A stretch of 52,570 bases of DNA from an uncultured Planctomycetaceae bacterium (GCA_903951635.1 CAJBCV010000339.1:1-52570), one strand, 5' to 3'. Counted from the stretch's first letter, positions 1 through 9,997 are shown. Notes: generated by a model from the letters alone, not told the origin. Numbers and translations: made by a program.

Positions 1-2
1 GG

Positions 3-1307
3 CTCTGGAACGTCTATTCGTTTTTCGTGATCTACGCCAACATCGACGGCTTCGATCCAGGCAAGCTCCTCGACGAGCCAGGGAGCCTCGATCACGCCGA
101 TCTGGCCAAGGCCCGCGGTTGGCGACCGGTGGCCGAGCGCTCCGAGCTCGACCGCTGGATGCTCGCGGAGCTCTCCGCCACGGCGGCCGGCGTCGTCGAA
201 AAGATGGACTCCTTCGACCACTTCGCCGCCGCCGGGATGATCTCGGCGCTCGTCGATGCCTCGAGCAACTGGTTCGTCCGCCGCAGCCGCGACCGCTTCT
301 GGGGGGCCGGCCGGGCCGACAGTCCGCAGGGTAATCCCGACAAGCTCGACGCCTACTGGACGCTCTACGAGACGCTCCTCGGCGTCGTCCGGCTCGCCGC
401 CCCGTTCGTCCCCTTCGTCACCGAGACGATCTGGCAGAACCTCGCCGTCGGCCCGTTCGGTGACATGGTGGCCGAGAGCGTCCACCTCGTCGACTATCCG
501 CAGGGCTTGCCCGGCCTCCTCGATGCCGATCTCGTTCGCCGGATGACGCTGGTGCGTGACGTGGCGTCGCTCGGTCGCGCGGCCCGGGCGAGTGCGAAGC
601 TGAAAGTGCGGCAGCCGCTTTCGAAGGTCGAGGTGATCCTTGCCGATGCTTCCCCCGACGACGCCGCGTGGCTTGCGGCGCATGGCGACCTCGTCTGTGA
701 CGAGCTCAACGTGAAGCAGTTCGAGATCTGCCGCGAGCCCGATCGCTATATCACGCGGAGCGTCCTCCCCGATCTGAAAAAGCTCGGGCCGAGGCTCGGC
801 AAGCTCCTTCCCCAGGCCCGCGACGCGCTCACCAAGGCCGATGCCCAGTCGCTCTTGGCGGGCTTCGCCCGCGATGGCCGCGTCGAGCTTTCCCTTCCCG
901 GCGGCACCGCCGCAATCGAGCGCGACGACGTCCTCATCCGGACGACGCCCCGCGAGGGCTGGGCCGCGGCGGAGGGGCCACGGGCCGTGGTCGTCATCGC
1001 CGCCGGACTGACGCCGGAGCTCATCGCCGAGGGGCTCGCCCGCGAGGTGGTCCACGCCGTGCAGACGGCGCGGAAAGCGCTCGACCTCGAGTTCACCGAT
1101 ACCGTCGACCTTGCCTTCGAGACCGAGTCGGCCGAGTTGCGAAGCGCCCTCGAGCTTCACCGCGAGTCGATCGCCGCCGAGACCCTCGCCGCGGCGATCG
1201 ACTTCGGGGCCGGCCAGGCGGGGGCGACCGCCGAGACGATCGACGTCGACGGCCATTCCCTCACGATCCGGCTCCGGCCACGCCGGCCAGCGGGGGAGAG
1301 CGAATGA
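3..1307 (+). CDS. ileS: Isoleucine--tRNA ligase, C-terminal part (5'-truncated by the window edge); IleRS2-like C-terminus
   Basis: Frame is open from position 3 (LWNVYSFFVIYANIDGF). Anticodon-domain motifs SNWFVRRSRDRFW, APFVPFVTETIWQNL, ESVHLVDYP, KLKVRQPL, DELNVK. C-terminal EGLAREVVHAVQTARK with no Cys4 zinc finger. Confidence 0.95.
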   Translation, partial: LWNVYSFFVIYANIDGFDPGKLLDEPGSLDHADLAKARGWRPVAERSELDRWMLAELSATAAGVVEKMDSFDHFAAAGMISALVDASSNWFVRRSRDRFWGAGRADSPQGNPDKLDAYWTLYETLLGVVRLAAPFVPFVTETIWQNLAVGPFGDMVAESVHLVDYPQGLPGLLDADLVRRMTLVRDVASLGRAARASAKLKVRQPLSKVEVILADASPDDAAWLAAHGDLVCDELNVKQFEICREPDRYITRSVLPDLKKLGPRLGKLLPQARDALTKADAQSLLAGFARDGRVELSLPGGTAAIERDDVLIRTTPREGWAAAEGPRAVVVIAAGLTPELIAEGLAREVVHAVQTARKALDLEFTDTVDLAFETESAELRSALELHRESIAAETLAAAIDFGAGQAGATAETIDVDGHSLTIRLRPRRPAGESE

Positions 1308-1885
1308 GCGCCCCCCGCCGCCTTGCCGTCCTCCTTTCGGGCTCCGGCCGGACCCTCGAAAACCTTCTCGATCGGATCGCCACCGGAAGACTCGCCGCCA
1401 CGGTGGCGGTCGTCGTTTCGAGCCGGCCCGATGTCCGCGGCGTCGAGATCGCCAGAAGCGCCGGGATCCCCGTCGAGGTATTGCCGCGGGACGGGCGATC
1501 CACCGCCGCCTGGAGCGAGGCGATCTTCGCGGTCTGCCGGGGGGCCTCCCCCGACCTCGTCGTCATGGCGGGCTTTCTTCACCTCCTCGCCATCCCGGCC
1601 GACTTCGCCGGGCGGGTGATCAACATCCACCCCTCGCTCCTCCCGGCCTTTGGCGGGAAGGGCTTTCATGGTGACCACGTCCACCGTGCGGTCCTCGAGC
1701 GCGGCTGCACGGTGAGCGGCTGCACGGTCCATCTCGTCGACGACCAGTACGACCACGGCCGGATCCTCCTCCAGGCGACTGTCCCCGTGCTCCCGGACGA
1801 CACGGTTTCGTCGCTCGCCGCCCGCGTGTTCGCCACCGAGTGCGACGCCCTTCCCACCGCAATTGCCCGATTCACGCCCCGCTGA
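1304..1885 (+). CDS. purN: Phosphoribosylglycinamide formyltransferase
   Basis: AVLLSGSGRTL, VMAGFL, INIHPSLLPAFGG, SGCTVHLVDDQYDHGRILLQ; ATGA overlap with ileS. Confidence 0.95.
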   Translation: MSAPRRLAVLLSGSGRTLENLLDRIATGRLAATVAVVVSSRPDVRGVEIARSAGIPVEVLPRDGRSTAAWSEAIFAVCRGASPDLVVMAGFLHLLAIPADFAGRVINIHPSLLPAFGGKGFHGDHVHRAVLERGCTVSGCTVHLVDDQYDHGRILLQATVPVLPDDTVSSLAARVFATECDALPTAIARFTPR

Positions 1886-1904
1886 CCCCCCCAAGGAGTC
1901 CCTC

Positions 1905-2426
1905 ATGGCCCGTTCCATTGGCAACTCGATCGCCGACAGCCTCCAGCTCTCGCTCAATTACGCCGACCGGTTGCTCAAAGAGATCCCGACCGATCGTTTC
2001 GCCCGCTTCGCCACGGTCGGCGGCACGACCGTCGAGTCGAATCACCCCGCCTTCACCCTCGGGCATTTGGCCCTCTATGGCCCGCGGATCACGAAGCAAC
2101 TCGGCGGCAGCCCCACCCTCCCGCCGGCGTCGTTTGAAAAGGTGTTTTCCAAGGACGCGACCTGCGTCGACGATTCCGCCGGCACGATCTATCCGTCGAT
2201 GAGCGAGGTCGTGAAGGCCTTCCGGACCGGCTGTGAGGAGGCGATTTCTGCCCTCCGCTCGGCGTCTGATGAGACGATGCAAAACGCGAACCCCGCCGAA
2301 GGGCGGATGCTCGAGCTCTTCCCCACGCTCGGCTCGATCCACGGCTTCTATGCCGGCGGCCACATGATGATGCATCTCGGGCAACTGAGCGCCTGGCGGC
2401 GGATGGAAGGGATGAAGCCCGCCTGA
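1905..2426 (+). CDS. DinB/YfiT-like four-helix protein
   Basis: ATG at 1905 after AAGGAG; NHPAFTLGHL and HMMMHLGQLSAWRR His motifs typical of DinB family. Confidence 0.8.
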   Translation: MARSIGNSIADSLQLSLNYADRLLKEIPTDRFARFATVGGTTVESNHPAFTLGHLALYGPRITKQLGGSPTLPPASFEKVFSKDATCVDDSAGTIYPSMSEVVKAFRTGCEEAISALRSASDETMQNANPAEGRMLELFPTLGSIHGFYAGGHMMMHLGQLSAWRRMEGMKPA

Positions 2427-2461
2427 CGGCTGTCACCGCTCGACGCCGGACCGCGGCCGCT

Positions 2462-3367
2462 TCACACGTCGCAGACCATCGCCGCGTGACGGAGGGCAAG
2501 GATCGGGTCATCCCAGGTGGGGAGGAACTCATGGGCGACGAAGTCGTGGTAGCCGATTGTCGAGAGCGCCCGCATCACGGCCGGATAGTCGATCTCCTGC
2601 GTGTCATCGAGTTCACCCCGGCCGGGATTGCCGGCGGTGTGAACATGGCCGATCGAGTCGGCGTGCTGACGGAGCCGGCGGATGATGTCGCCGTTCATCA
2701 CCGACACGTGGTAGACGTCGAAGAGCAGCTTCAAGTTGGGTGAGCCGACACGCTTGACGAGGTCGACGCAGAAGTCGACGTCGTCGCCGAAATAGCCGGG
2801 ATGCCCCTTCATCGGATGCGAGCTGTCGCGGGAGTTGAGATGCTCCAGGCAGAGCGTGATGCCGGCGGCCTCCGCCTGCGGCAAGACCTTTTTCCAGGCG
2901 GCGATGCAGTCGGCCGCGGCCTTCTCGTCATCCATCCCCTCGAAGCGCATCCCGGTGAACGTGATCACCTTCTTCGAGCCGACCTGCTTGGCGACCTCGA
3001 TCCCCTCGGCGAGCTTGGCGACGGACTGTTCGAAGAACTTCGGATTGCACGGCCCCTCGGCAAAGCCGTGGCTGCCGACGAGCGAGATCGCGAGGCCGAG
3101 CTTCTGGACCTCGGGATAGAACTTCCGGTCGATCCCCTCGATCCCCTCCAGGCCGATCGCCTTCGCATGCCGGGCAAGCTCGAGGGTGTCCATCGGATTG
3201 AAGCACCACCCCATGACGGTGTGGCGGATGCCATGGTTGCGGATCGTGTACGCCGGATCGGCGGCGGCCCGCGAGGTGTCCGCGGCACGGACCGGGCCGG
3301 CGACGGCTCCGGCAGCAACGACGGCCGACGCGCCGAGGAACCGGCGGCGGGAGACAGGCATGGTCAT
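2462..3367 (-). CDS. Tat-exported hydroxypyruvate isomerase / xylose-isomerase-like TIM barrel
   Basis: SRRRFLG twin-arginine signal; LCLEHLNSRD, LLFDVYH, GHVHTAGNPGRGELDDTQEIDY, HEFLP. Confidence 0.85.
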   Translation of the reverse strand: MTMPVSRRRFLGASAVVAAGAVAGPVRAADTSRAAADPAYTIRNHGIRHTVMGWCFNPMDTLELARHAKAIGLEGIEGIDRKFYPEVQKLGLAISLVGSHGFAEGPCNPKFFEQSVAKLAEGIEVAKQVGSKKVITFTGMRFEGMDDEKAAADCIAAWKKVLPQAEAAGITLCLEHLNSRDSSHPMKGHPGYFGDDVDFCVDLVKRVGSPNLKLLFDVYHVSVMNGDIIRRLRQHADSIGHVHTAGNPGRGELDDTQEIDYPAVMRALSTIGYHDFVAHEFLPTWDDPILALRHAAMVCDV

Positions 3368-3400
3368 CGACGTTCTCCGGAAAACAGAAACATCCCTCGG

Positions 3401-4387
3401 CTACCGACGGGCTCCGCCGATCTCCTCCAAGAGCCGCTCGACGCGACCCCGAAACTCCTCCGGCACACGGCGCCGGTCGGCATCGGTGTCGAGCCTCCCG
3501 GCGTGGATCTTCGCGCCGGCGGCGCCCCGGATTTCGACGGTGAACTTTCCAGCCGACTGGCGGATCTCGATCGTCGTCGTGCCGTCTGACTCGGTGTCGA
3601 TCCGCTCGTTTCCCTGCGGCGAGACCGACATCCTGGTTGTCCGCGAGCGGCCAGCTCCGGCGCCGAAGGGCTGCTTTTGCAGTTGCCGGGCAAGATCCTC
3701 CATCTGTTTCTGGAGATCGCCAGGCAGGTTTCCAGCGCCCGGAGCGAATCCCGGTGGAAAGCCAGGCGGCAGTCCGGGCGCCTCGGCAAGCGGCGCCCGC
3801 TCCTCGGCCGGATCGGCCTGCGGAAGCGTCACTTGGAGTTTCCGCTCCTTTCCGCCGCGGAGGATCGTCATCGACACGGGGCCAGGCTTGCGGAGCTTGA
3901 TGAGCGTGGCGAGCTGATCAGCGTTGCAGACGATCTGGTCATTGAAGCGGGTGAGAATGTCAAAGCGTTTCAGGCCGGCCGCGGCGGCGGGGCTTCCCGG
4001 CTCGATCGCATCGAGGAGCAGGCCGACCCCGTCGGGGAGATCGAGTTGCTCGCGGACGGCATCGGGAACCGGCGCGAAAGTCGTGCCGAGCCGGCGTGGA
4101 CTTGCAGCCGGGCGGGCACGGTCGACTGCCCGGTTGGCGGCGGCATCGCCGCGAGGCTCATCCCCGTCGTCAGCTTCGTCAAAGGGGCGACGTGGTGGAG
4201 TCTCCGCTCTCGGTGGCATCGGCTCCATCCTCGGTCGGCTTGGCTTTGCCTCGCGTCGACTCGGCGCTTCGTTCTCGTCGCCGTGGGCCCGCGGGGCACC
4301 CCCCGCCGTCACCATGACAGCCACAATCGCCACGAATGCCGCGAGCATCCTCCCCGTGAAACGTCCGTCACCAATCGTTGACTTCAT
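3401..4387 (-). CDS. Exported PDZ-domain protein
   Basis: Hydrophobic signal (MLAAFVAIVAVMVTAGG) then PDZ motif RLGTTFAPV...GLLLDAIEPGSPAAAAGLKRFDILTRFNDQ. Start uncertain (4387 or 4348). Confidence 0.75.
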   Translation of the reverse strand: MKSTIGDGRFTGRMLAAFVAIVAVMVTAGGAPRAHGDENEAPSRREAKPSRPRMEPMPPRAETPPRRPFDEADDGDEPRGDAAANRAVDRARPAASPRRLGTTFAPVPDAVREQLDLPDGVGLLLDAIEPGSPAAAAGLKRFDILTRFNDQIVCNADQLATLIKLRKPGPVSMTILRGGKERKLQVTLPQADPAEERAPLAEAPGLPPGFPPGFAPGAGNLPGDLQKQMEDLARQLQKQPFGAGAGRSRTTRMSVSPQGNERIDTESDGTTTIEIRQSAGKFTVEIRGAAGAKIHAGRLDTDADRRRVPEEFRGRVERLLEEIGGARR

Positions 4388-4632
4388 GTAATCCCCCCTC
4401 ATCCCGCAGGAGCAATCCCGGGCTAGGGAATCGAGAACCCGCCGGCCCAACTCCATGCTACCGCAGGCTTGGAAACGGGGCACGGGCGCCCCCGAAGCCA
4501 CGTTTGAGCCAGAGAACCGGATGTCACGAGCCCCCCCGAAGCCGCGACAGGATTTTCACCGGTCAATCGGCATCACGCCCGCCGGCAGCACAGTCTTCTG
4601 GACGGCTCGATGGTGGTCGGCGTCTAGCAGGC

Positions 4633-4740
4633 TGTGGATAAAGTGCCCGCCGCTGGATGCGGCGGCGAACACCCCCGAAAAACCTCGGCTTTTTTGGGGG
4701 TGTCTCAAGTGGAAAAAGGTCATGGATGACTTTTTCCACG
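4633..4740. promoter_or_regulatory. Cluster of DnaA-box-like 9-mers with two adjacent inverted repeats
   Basis: TGTGGATAA at 4633-4641 (perfect reverse complement of TTATCCACA); AGTGGAAAA at 4708-4716 and TTTTCCACG at 4732-4740 (1 mismatch each to TTWTNCACA); inverted repeats at 4669-4703 and 4709-4739. Confidence 0.4.
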
Positions 4741-4985
4741 GGCAGCTAGAGTGAGAAACTCGTCCCTTGGCCGGGAGCGAACTCCGACCGATTCTGCGAT
4801 GAACCGCGGCCGGTGTCTTGCCTCGGGGCCCTCCTCATTGCCGCAGCCGCCTCCGCTTGAACTCCCATCCTGGCCACTCACCTACCACGATGATGACGCA
4901 CCCCGACGCCGACGACCAGAAGATCCCCGTGCCGTTCGCTACGGGCTTGGGCAATCGGCTCTGGAACATCACCTGCTTGGCCACG

Positions 4986-5504
4986 TCACGGCGTGGGACC
5001 GACCGGCCTGAACCCCACCCCCCGCCAGAACGCCACCGCCTCCGGCCAGCGGTCGAGGGTGTCGATGGTGACGCGGCTCGCTCCGAGACGCTCGGCATGA
5101 CCAAGCGCGGCCGCAACGAGGGCCCGCCCCGCGCCTGAGCGGCGGCTCGCCGGACGCACGAGGAGCCAAGGGACCGAGAGCCGCGGGGATCCTTCTCCCG
5201 CGGGGGTCGATTCGAGCAACAGGATCACACCGGCGAGGCCCGTAGGCGGATCGGCGGGCGAAAAGCTCGATGGAGGGGATCCCTCGGTTCTTACCACCGC
5301 TCCCCAGCCATGGACCCGGCGCCCCGGCCGGCTGGTGAACTCGGCGAGAAAGCCTTCCGGGCGGAGCCCGCATGAAGCGGCCACCGCAGCGGCGAGGGAC
5401 CGCGATGCTTCCCCCCAGGCCAGGGGAATGATCTCGACGAGGGGGACGCCATCACCGGGGGCGTTTGCCGGATGGCACCCCCGCTCCACGACGTCGATCG
5501 CCAT
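4986..5504 (-). CDS. GNAT family N-acetyltransferase
   Basis: Motif A LLVRPASRRSGAGRALV and C-terminal AVAFWRGVGF. Start uncertain (5504 or 5519). Confidence 0.8.
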   Translation of the reverse strand: MAIDVVERGCHPANAPGDGVPLVEIIPLAWGEASRSLAAAVAASCGLRPEGFLAEFTSRPGRRVHGWGAVVRTEGSPPSSFSPADPPTGLAGVILLLESTPAGEGSPRLSVPWLLVRPASRRSGAGRALVAAALGHAERLGASRVTIDTLDRWPEAVAFWRGVGFRPVGPTP

Positions 5505-5655
5505 GCGCACCACACCCATGACCGAATCGTAAGCGATTTCCGTCACTGGCGGCGACAAGGCCTTCCTCAGCCTGCCACAAAAACGTGGCCTATTCTTTGA
5601 CGCACCCAGAACAAACCCCGCAGTCGGCAGATTCAAGCCGAATCGACGGGATCGC

Positions 5656-5751
5656 TTGACGGAAACAGGACTGAAAACCATCATCTGCGATGGCCGCGCG
5701 ATCGTTTTTGCCCACGAATCGAATTGACTCATGGTCGCTTTCAATCATAAT
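5656..5751 (+). promoter_or_regulatory. Two tandem sigma70-like promoters for the BMC operon
   Basis: TTGACG-17-CATCAT (5656-5684) and TTGACT-16-CATAAT (5724-5751), upstream of SD GGGGGAG and GTG at 5779. Confidence 0.6.
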
Positions 5752-5778
5752 GCGATCTCCCAGGGGGAGATTCCGGGC

Positions 5779-6618
5779 GTGCAGACCCGTCAGCGACGCA
5801 GCCGTTTGATCGATTTCGTCCGCGTGCGCGGCTTTGCCTCGCTCGACGATCTCGTGCGCGAGCTGGGCGTGTCGGAATCGACGATCCGCCGCGATCTCGA
5901 CGCCCTCGAGGAGCAGGGAACGGCAAGACGGACGCATGGCGGCGTGCTCTACGCTGGCGGCCACGCCCGACTCTCAGAGTTTGACGAGCGTCAGCCGGCC
6001 CACTGGGCTGCCAAGCGGGCGATCGCCGCGGCGGCCGCCGAGCGGATCGACGATGGCGAGACCGTCCTTTTGGACGGCGGCACCACCACCTACGAAGTCG
6101 CCCGTCTCCTCGTCGGCCGGTCGATCCAAGTGGTCACCAACAGCCTCCCGGTGGCCAATCTCTTCGCCTCGGAATCACGGGCCGACCTCGTTCTCCTCGG
6201 CGGCTACGTGTCGCCACGGACCGGCGTCTGTCTCGGGCCCTACGCCAACGAACTCCTCGGCCGGCTCCATGTGACGACGACGGTCTTGTCGGCGGCGGGG
6301 ATCACGGCCGAAGGGCTCTACAACGCCCATCTGCTCCTGGCGGAAACCGAGCAGGCGATGCTCCGGGCCGCCGGGCGGGTGTTTGTGGTTGCCGACAGCT
6401 CGAAGTTCGGCCGCAAGAGCCTGACGTTTGTCTCCGGGCTCGATTCGATCGATCTCCTCGTCTCCGACACCGGCCTCTCGGCCGAATGGCGGCAGCAGAT
6501 TAAGGCCGCCGGCGTCGACCTTGTCGTCGTCGATCCGGCGCCCTTGGAGCCCCTCGACGGCGACCACGATTCGCACCGCGACGACCGCACCAAGCCACCA
6601 CGGGAGCGCCACACATGA
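5779..6618 (+). CDS. DeoR/GlpR family transcriptional regulator of the BMC locus
   Basis: [48 protein letters not shown] start after GGGGGAG; the ATG at 5731 lies inside the predicted promoter. Confidence 0.93.
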   Translation: MQTRQRRSRLIDFVRVRGFASLDDLVRELGVSESTIRRDLDALEEQGTARRTHGGVLYAGGHARLSEFDERQPAHWAAKRAIAAAAAERIDDGETVLLDGGTTTYEVARLLVGRSIQVVTNSLPVANLFASESRADLVLLGGYVSPRTGVCLGPYANELLGRLHVTTTVLSAAGITAEGLYNAHLLLAETEQAMLRAAGRVFVVADSSKFGRKSLTFVSGLDSIDLLVSDTGLSAEWRQQIKAAGVDLVVVDPAPLEPLDGDHDSHRDDRTKPPRERHT

Positions 6619-7355
6619 TCACCTCCGCCTTTCCGGGGATTCCTGCCGGCCTCGACCGCTCGAGCGTCGAGCGGATCGTTCGCGAGATCGTTCTCCGCGG
6701 CCGCGGCGCCCCGCCGTCGCAGATCGCCGCCGAAGCAGCCAAGGCTCTCGTCACTGGCCAAGTGCAAGCACGGAGCGAGCCGAAGCTCGTCGTCAGCATC
6801 TCCGCCCGCCACTGCCATCTCACCGACGACCATGTCGAGCGGCTGTTCGGCAAGGGGCGGACGCTCACGCCCCATAAAAACCTCTACCAAGATGGCTTCT
6901 ATGCGGCGGAAGAGACGGTGATGATCGTCGGCCCGAAGCGCAAGATGCTCCCCACCGTTCGCGTCCTCGGGCCAACTCGAAAGGCCTCGCAGGTGGAGCT
7001 CGCCTTCACCGACGGGATCTCGCTCGGCATCGATCTCCCCGTGCGGGCCAGCGGCAAGATCACGGGCACGCCGGGATGCGTCCTCGTCGGGCCGGCCGGC
7101 GCCGTCGAGCTCGGCGAAGGGGTGATCCGGGCCGAGCGTCACGTCCACATGAACTACGGCGATGCCGAGTTTTTCGGCGTCAAGGATGGCGACCGGATGA
7201 GCCTGGCGATCGACGGCGGCTGCGGCGTGATCCTCCGCGATCTCCTCGTGCGGGCCGATGCGACGAGCAAGCTCGAAGTTCACATCGACACCGACGAAGG
7301 CAATGCCGCCGACCTCGACCACGCCAGCGGCGTGCGGCTCATCAAGCAGACCTGA
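6615..7355 (+). CDS. pduL: PduL-type phosphate acyltransferase with N-terminal encapsulation peptide
   Basis: [29 protein letters not shown]; N-terminal amphipathic helix [16 protein letters not shown]. Confidence 0.92.
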   Translation: MITSAFPGIPAGLDRSSVERIVREIVLRGRGAPPSQIAAEAAKALVTGQVQARSEPKLVVSISARHCHLTDDHVERLFGKGRTLTPHKNLYQDGFYAAEETVMIVGPKRKMLPTVRVLGPTRKASQVELAFTDGISLGIDLPVRASGKITGTPGCVLVGPAGAVELGEGVIRAERHVHMNYGDAEFFGVKDGDRMSLAIDGGCGVILRDLLVRADATSKLEVHIDTDEGNAADLDHASGVRLIKQT

Positions 7356-7558
7356 CACGGAGCCCACCAGTGGCCAAGAAGACCGCAAAGAAGGCAGCCC
7401 GGAAGGTGACGCAGCAGCGCCTCCCGATCACACCTGCCGCAACGACTCAACCGATCGTCCAGCCGGCGCGTGCCGGCGCGATCGACGGGGACGGCCCCGG
7501 GACGATGGAACGCGACTCCGGGCAGACTGCCCGGATCACGACAGGAGCAGTGCTCACG

Positions 7559-7867
7559 ATGGCGAAGAAAATCGAAGCCCTCGGCATGATCGAGACGAAG
7601 GGGTTCGTCACGCTCGTCGAGGCGGTGGACGCGATGATGAAGGCGGCAGACGTCACCTTCCTCGGATGGGACAAGATCGGTAGCGCGCTGGTGACGGCGT
7701 TCGTCTCCGGTGACGTGGCGGCGGTGAAGGCGGCAATTGATGCCGGTGCCGCGGCTGGTGGTCGGATCGGTGACGTGGTGAGCGTGCAGGTCATTGCCCG
7801 CCCGCACGAAGACATCGACATCGTCCTTCCGGCCTCGGCAGCCAGCGCCCGCGGCGGCGTCGAGTGA
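7559..7867 (+). CDS. BMC-H hexameric shell protein (possible longer form from GTG 7370)
   Basis: EALGMIETKG, DAMMKAADV, GDVAAVKAA, VIARPH (Pfam00936 signature); AGGAG upstream of ATG 7559. Confidence 0.93.
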   Translation: MAKKIEALGMIETKGFVTLVEAVDAMMKAADVTFLGWDKIGSALVTAFVSGDVAAVKAAIDAGAAAGGRIGDVVSVQVIARPHEDIDIVLPASAASARGGVE

Positions 7868-7914
7868 TTTTGAATCTCCCCCTACCTTCCCCCTTTTTCA
7901 CAGGACATTTCGCG

Positions 7915-8184
7915 ATGAACACTGCGATCGGTTTGATCGAGACCAAGGGACTCATCGGCCTCGTCGAGGCCACGGATGCGATGGCCAAGGCGGCCAACGT
8001 GAAGATCCTCAAGCGCGTCAGCATCGGCGGTGCCTACGTGGCGACCGTCGTGCAGGGTGACGTCGGCAGCGTCCGCGCCGCCGTCGAGGCCGGTGCGGCC
8101 GCCGCCCAGTCGGTCGGCGAGCTCGTGGCCAGCCACGTCATCCCGCGCCCCGCCGAGAGCCTGACGACCGCCTTCTTCTCCTGA
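7915..8184 (+). CDS. BMC-H hexameric shell protein
   Basis: AIGLIETKG, DAMAKAANV, GDVGSVRAAV, HVIPRP. Confidence 0.95.
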   Translation: MNTAIGLIETKGLIGLVEATDAMAKAANVKILKRVSIGGAYVATVVQGDVGSVRAAVEAGAAAAQSVGELVASHVIPRPAESLTTAFFS

Positions 8185-8208
8185 AGCAGCGGCGGCCACA
8201 TGTCGTGA

Positions 8209-8298
8209 GGCCGGACAGTCGCCGTCCAAACGGCCTGTCGGCCGGGTTTTTTATGGTTCGCTGTCGCGGGCGGGGGCCGCTGGCCCCCGCCCGGACAG
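8209..8298 (+). terminator. Intra-operon terminator-like hairpin with U-tract, followed by a second GC hairpin
   Basis: GGCCGGACAG..GCCGT-CCAA-ACGGC-CTGTCGGCC followed by T6 (8247-8252); then CGGGCGGGGGCC-GCT-GGCCCCCGCCCG (8267-8293). Confidence 0.6.
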
Positions 8299-8436
8299 GG
8301 AAGCGTTCCCTGCACGGGATTGCGGCCAGAACCATCGAATCGCGATGAAGCATCAAGAAGGATTGCAGGCCACGGATGGCCCGCCCCGAGACGGCCCCGG
8401 ACAGGGCCCCACCAACGGATTGCGAAGGAACGACCG

Positions 8437-9669
8437 ATGATCATCCTCGTTGCCAACCTCGGCTCCACGAGCTTCAAGTACCGGCTCTACGACCTCGCCG
8501 ATCGCCCCACGATCGGCGGCGAGAAGGAACTGGCGCGCGGTGGCGTGGAGCGGATCGGTGCCCCCGAGAGTCGGGTCTATGCCCGTACCGGCGGCAAGGA
8601 CATCGAGACGGTGATGCCGGTCCCCGATCACGCCGTCGCCCTCCGGGCGGCCCTCGAGCAACTCACCGGCGACGGCGGGCCGCTGACGAGCATCGACGAG
8701 GTGGCCGCGGTCGGATTCAAGGCGGTGCATGGCGGGCGGGTGAGCGGCGTCGTTCGCGTCACCCCCGACGTGCTGGCGGCCATGGAGGAGATGCGGGAGG
8801 TCGCCCCGGCCCACAATCCTCCGTACGTCAAGGCGATGCGGCTGTTGGGTGAGAAACTTCCGAGTGTGCCCCTCGTGGCCGCCTTCGAGACCGGCTTTCA
8901 TGCCACGATTCCCGATCGCAATGGCCTCTATGCGGTGCCGACAAATTGGGTGGAGAAGTTCCGGGTGCGCCGGTTCGGGTTCCACGGGGCGAGCCACCGG
9001 TATGTCGCCGGCCGGCTCATGGAGCTGCAGGCCAAGCGTCCTCTTCGCGCCGTCTCCTGCCATCTCGGCGGCTCGAGCAGCGTCTGCTGGATCCGCGACG
9101 GGCAGAGCGTCGGCACGTCGATGGGGATGAGCCCGCAGTCGGGGCTGCCGCAGAACAACCGTGCCGGTGACCTCGATCCCTTCGCCCTCCTCCACGTCGC
9201 CAAGGCGACCGGCCGGAGCTTCGAGGATCTCCTCGTTGAGCTCTCCGGGAAGGCCGGGCTCGCCGGAATGTCGGGCACCTCGGGCGACATGCGCGATCTC
9301 GAGGACGCGGCCGCCGCTGGCAATGCCCGGGCCCGAACGGCCATCGACGTCTATGTCGGCTCGATTCGCCACTGGCTCGGCGCCGGCATCGTCGAGCTTG
9401 GCGGCCTCGACGAGCTCGCCTTTGCCGGCGGCATCGGCGAGAACTCGCCGCTGGTCCGGGCGGAAGTCTGTGGCGGCCTGGAGGATCTCGGCATCAAGCT
9501 CGACGCCACCGCCAACGCCCATCCCGGCGACAAGAGCCAGCCCGGGGGCGGGGAGCGGACGATCTCCGCCCCCGACTCGCGCGTCACGATCCGGGTGATC
9601 CCCACCAACGAAGAGCTGGTCGTGGCTCGTCAGACCCGCGATCTCCTCGTCCAGAAGGAAGGTGCCTGA
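8437..9669 (+). CDS. ackA: Acetate/propionate family kinase
   Basis: ILVANLGSTSFKY, KAVHGG, APAHNP, FETGFH, RFGFHGASH, FAGGIGENS, IPTNEELVVAR. Confidence 0.93.
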   Translation: MIILVANLGSTSFKYRLYDLADRPTIGGEKELARGGVERIGAPESRVYARTGGKDIETVMPVPDHAVALRAALEQLTGDGGPLTSIDEVAAVGFKAVHGGRVSGVVRVTPDVLAAMEEMREVAPAHNPPYVKAMRLLGEKLPSVPLVAAFETGFHATIPDRNGLYAVPTNWVEKFRVRRFGFHGASHRYVAGRLMELQAKRPLRAVSCHLGGSSSVCWIRDGQSVGTSMGMSPQSGLPQNNRAGDLDPFALLHVAKATGRSFEDLLVELSGKAGLAGMSGTSGDMRDLEDAAAAGNARARTAIDVYVGSIRHWLGAGIVELGGLDELAFAGGIGENSPLVRAEVCGGLEDLGIKLDATANAHPGDKSQPGGGERTISAPDSRVTIRVIPTNEELVVARQTRDLLVQKEGA

Positions 9670-9989
9670 TGTTCGTCGCGCTCGTGACCGGCTCGGTCGT
9701 GGCCACGCAGAAGACCGAGTCGATGACCGGCCACAAACTCCTCGTCGTCGAACCCTACCGGCTCGATGACAAGGCCCGCGACCGGCTCGTCTCCACCGGC
9801 CGGACCTTCATCGCCGTCGACACGCTCGGCGCCGGCGAAGGCCAATTCGTCCTCGTCACTCAGGGCTCCAGTGCCCGCCTCACCCCCGAAACGAAGTCGC
9901 TCCCGATCGACGCGGTCGTCATCGGCTTGGTCGACAGCGTCCGCATCGGGGGCCAGAACGTCTTTTCCCGTAACGCCCAGGAAAGTTGA
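9669..9989 (+). CDS. eutN: BMC-P pentameric vertex protein (EutN/CcmL family)
   Basis: [37 protein letters not shown]. Confidence 0.92.
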   Translation: MFVALVTGSVVATQKTESMTGHKLLVVEPYRLDDKARDRLVSTGRTFIAVDTLGAGEGQFVLVTQGSSARLTPETKSLPIDAVVIGLVDSVRIGGQNVFSRNAQES

Positions 9990-9997
9990 GACCCACC

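Noticed and set aside
4890-5138. ORF MMTHPDADDQKIPVPF...
   Set aside because: GC3-rich at the start but no SD, no recognisable motif, and a 150-bp overlap with the GNAT gene; cannot be supported.
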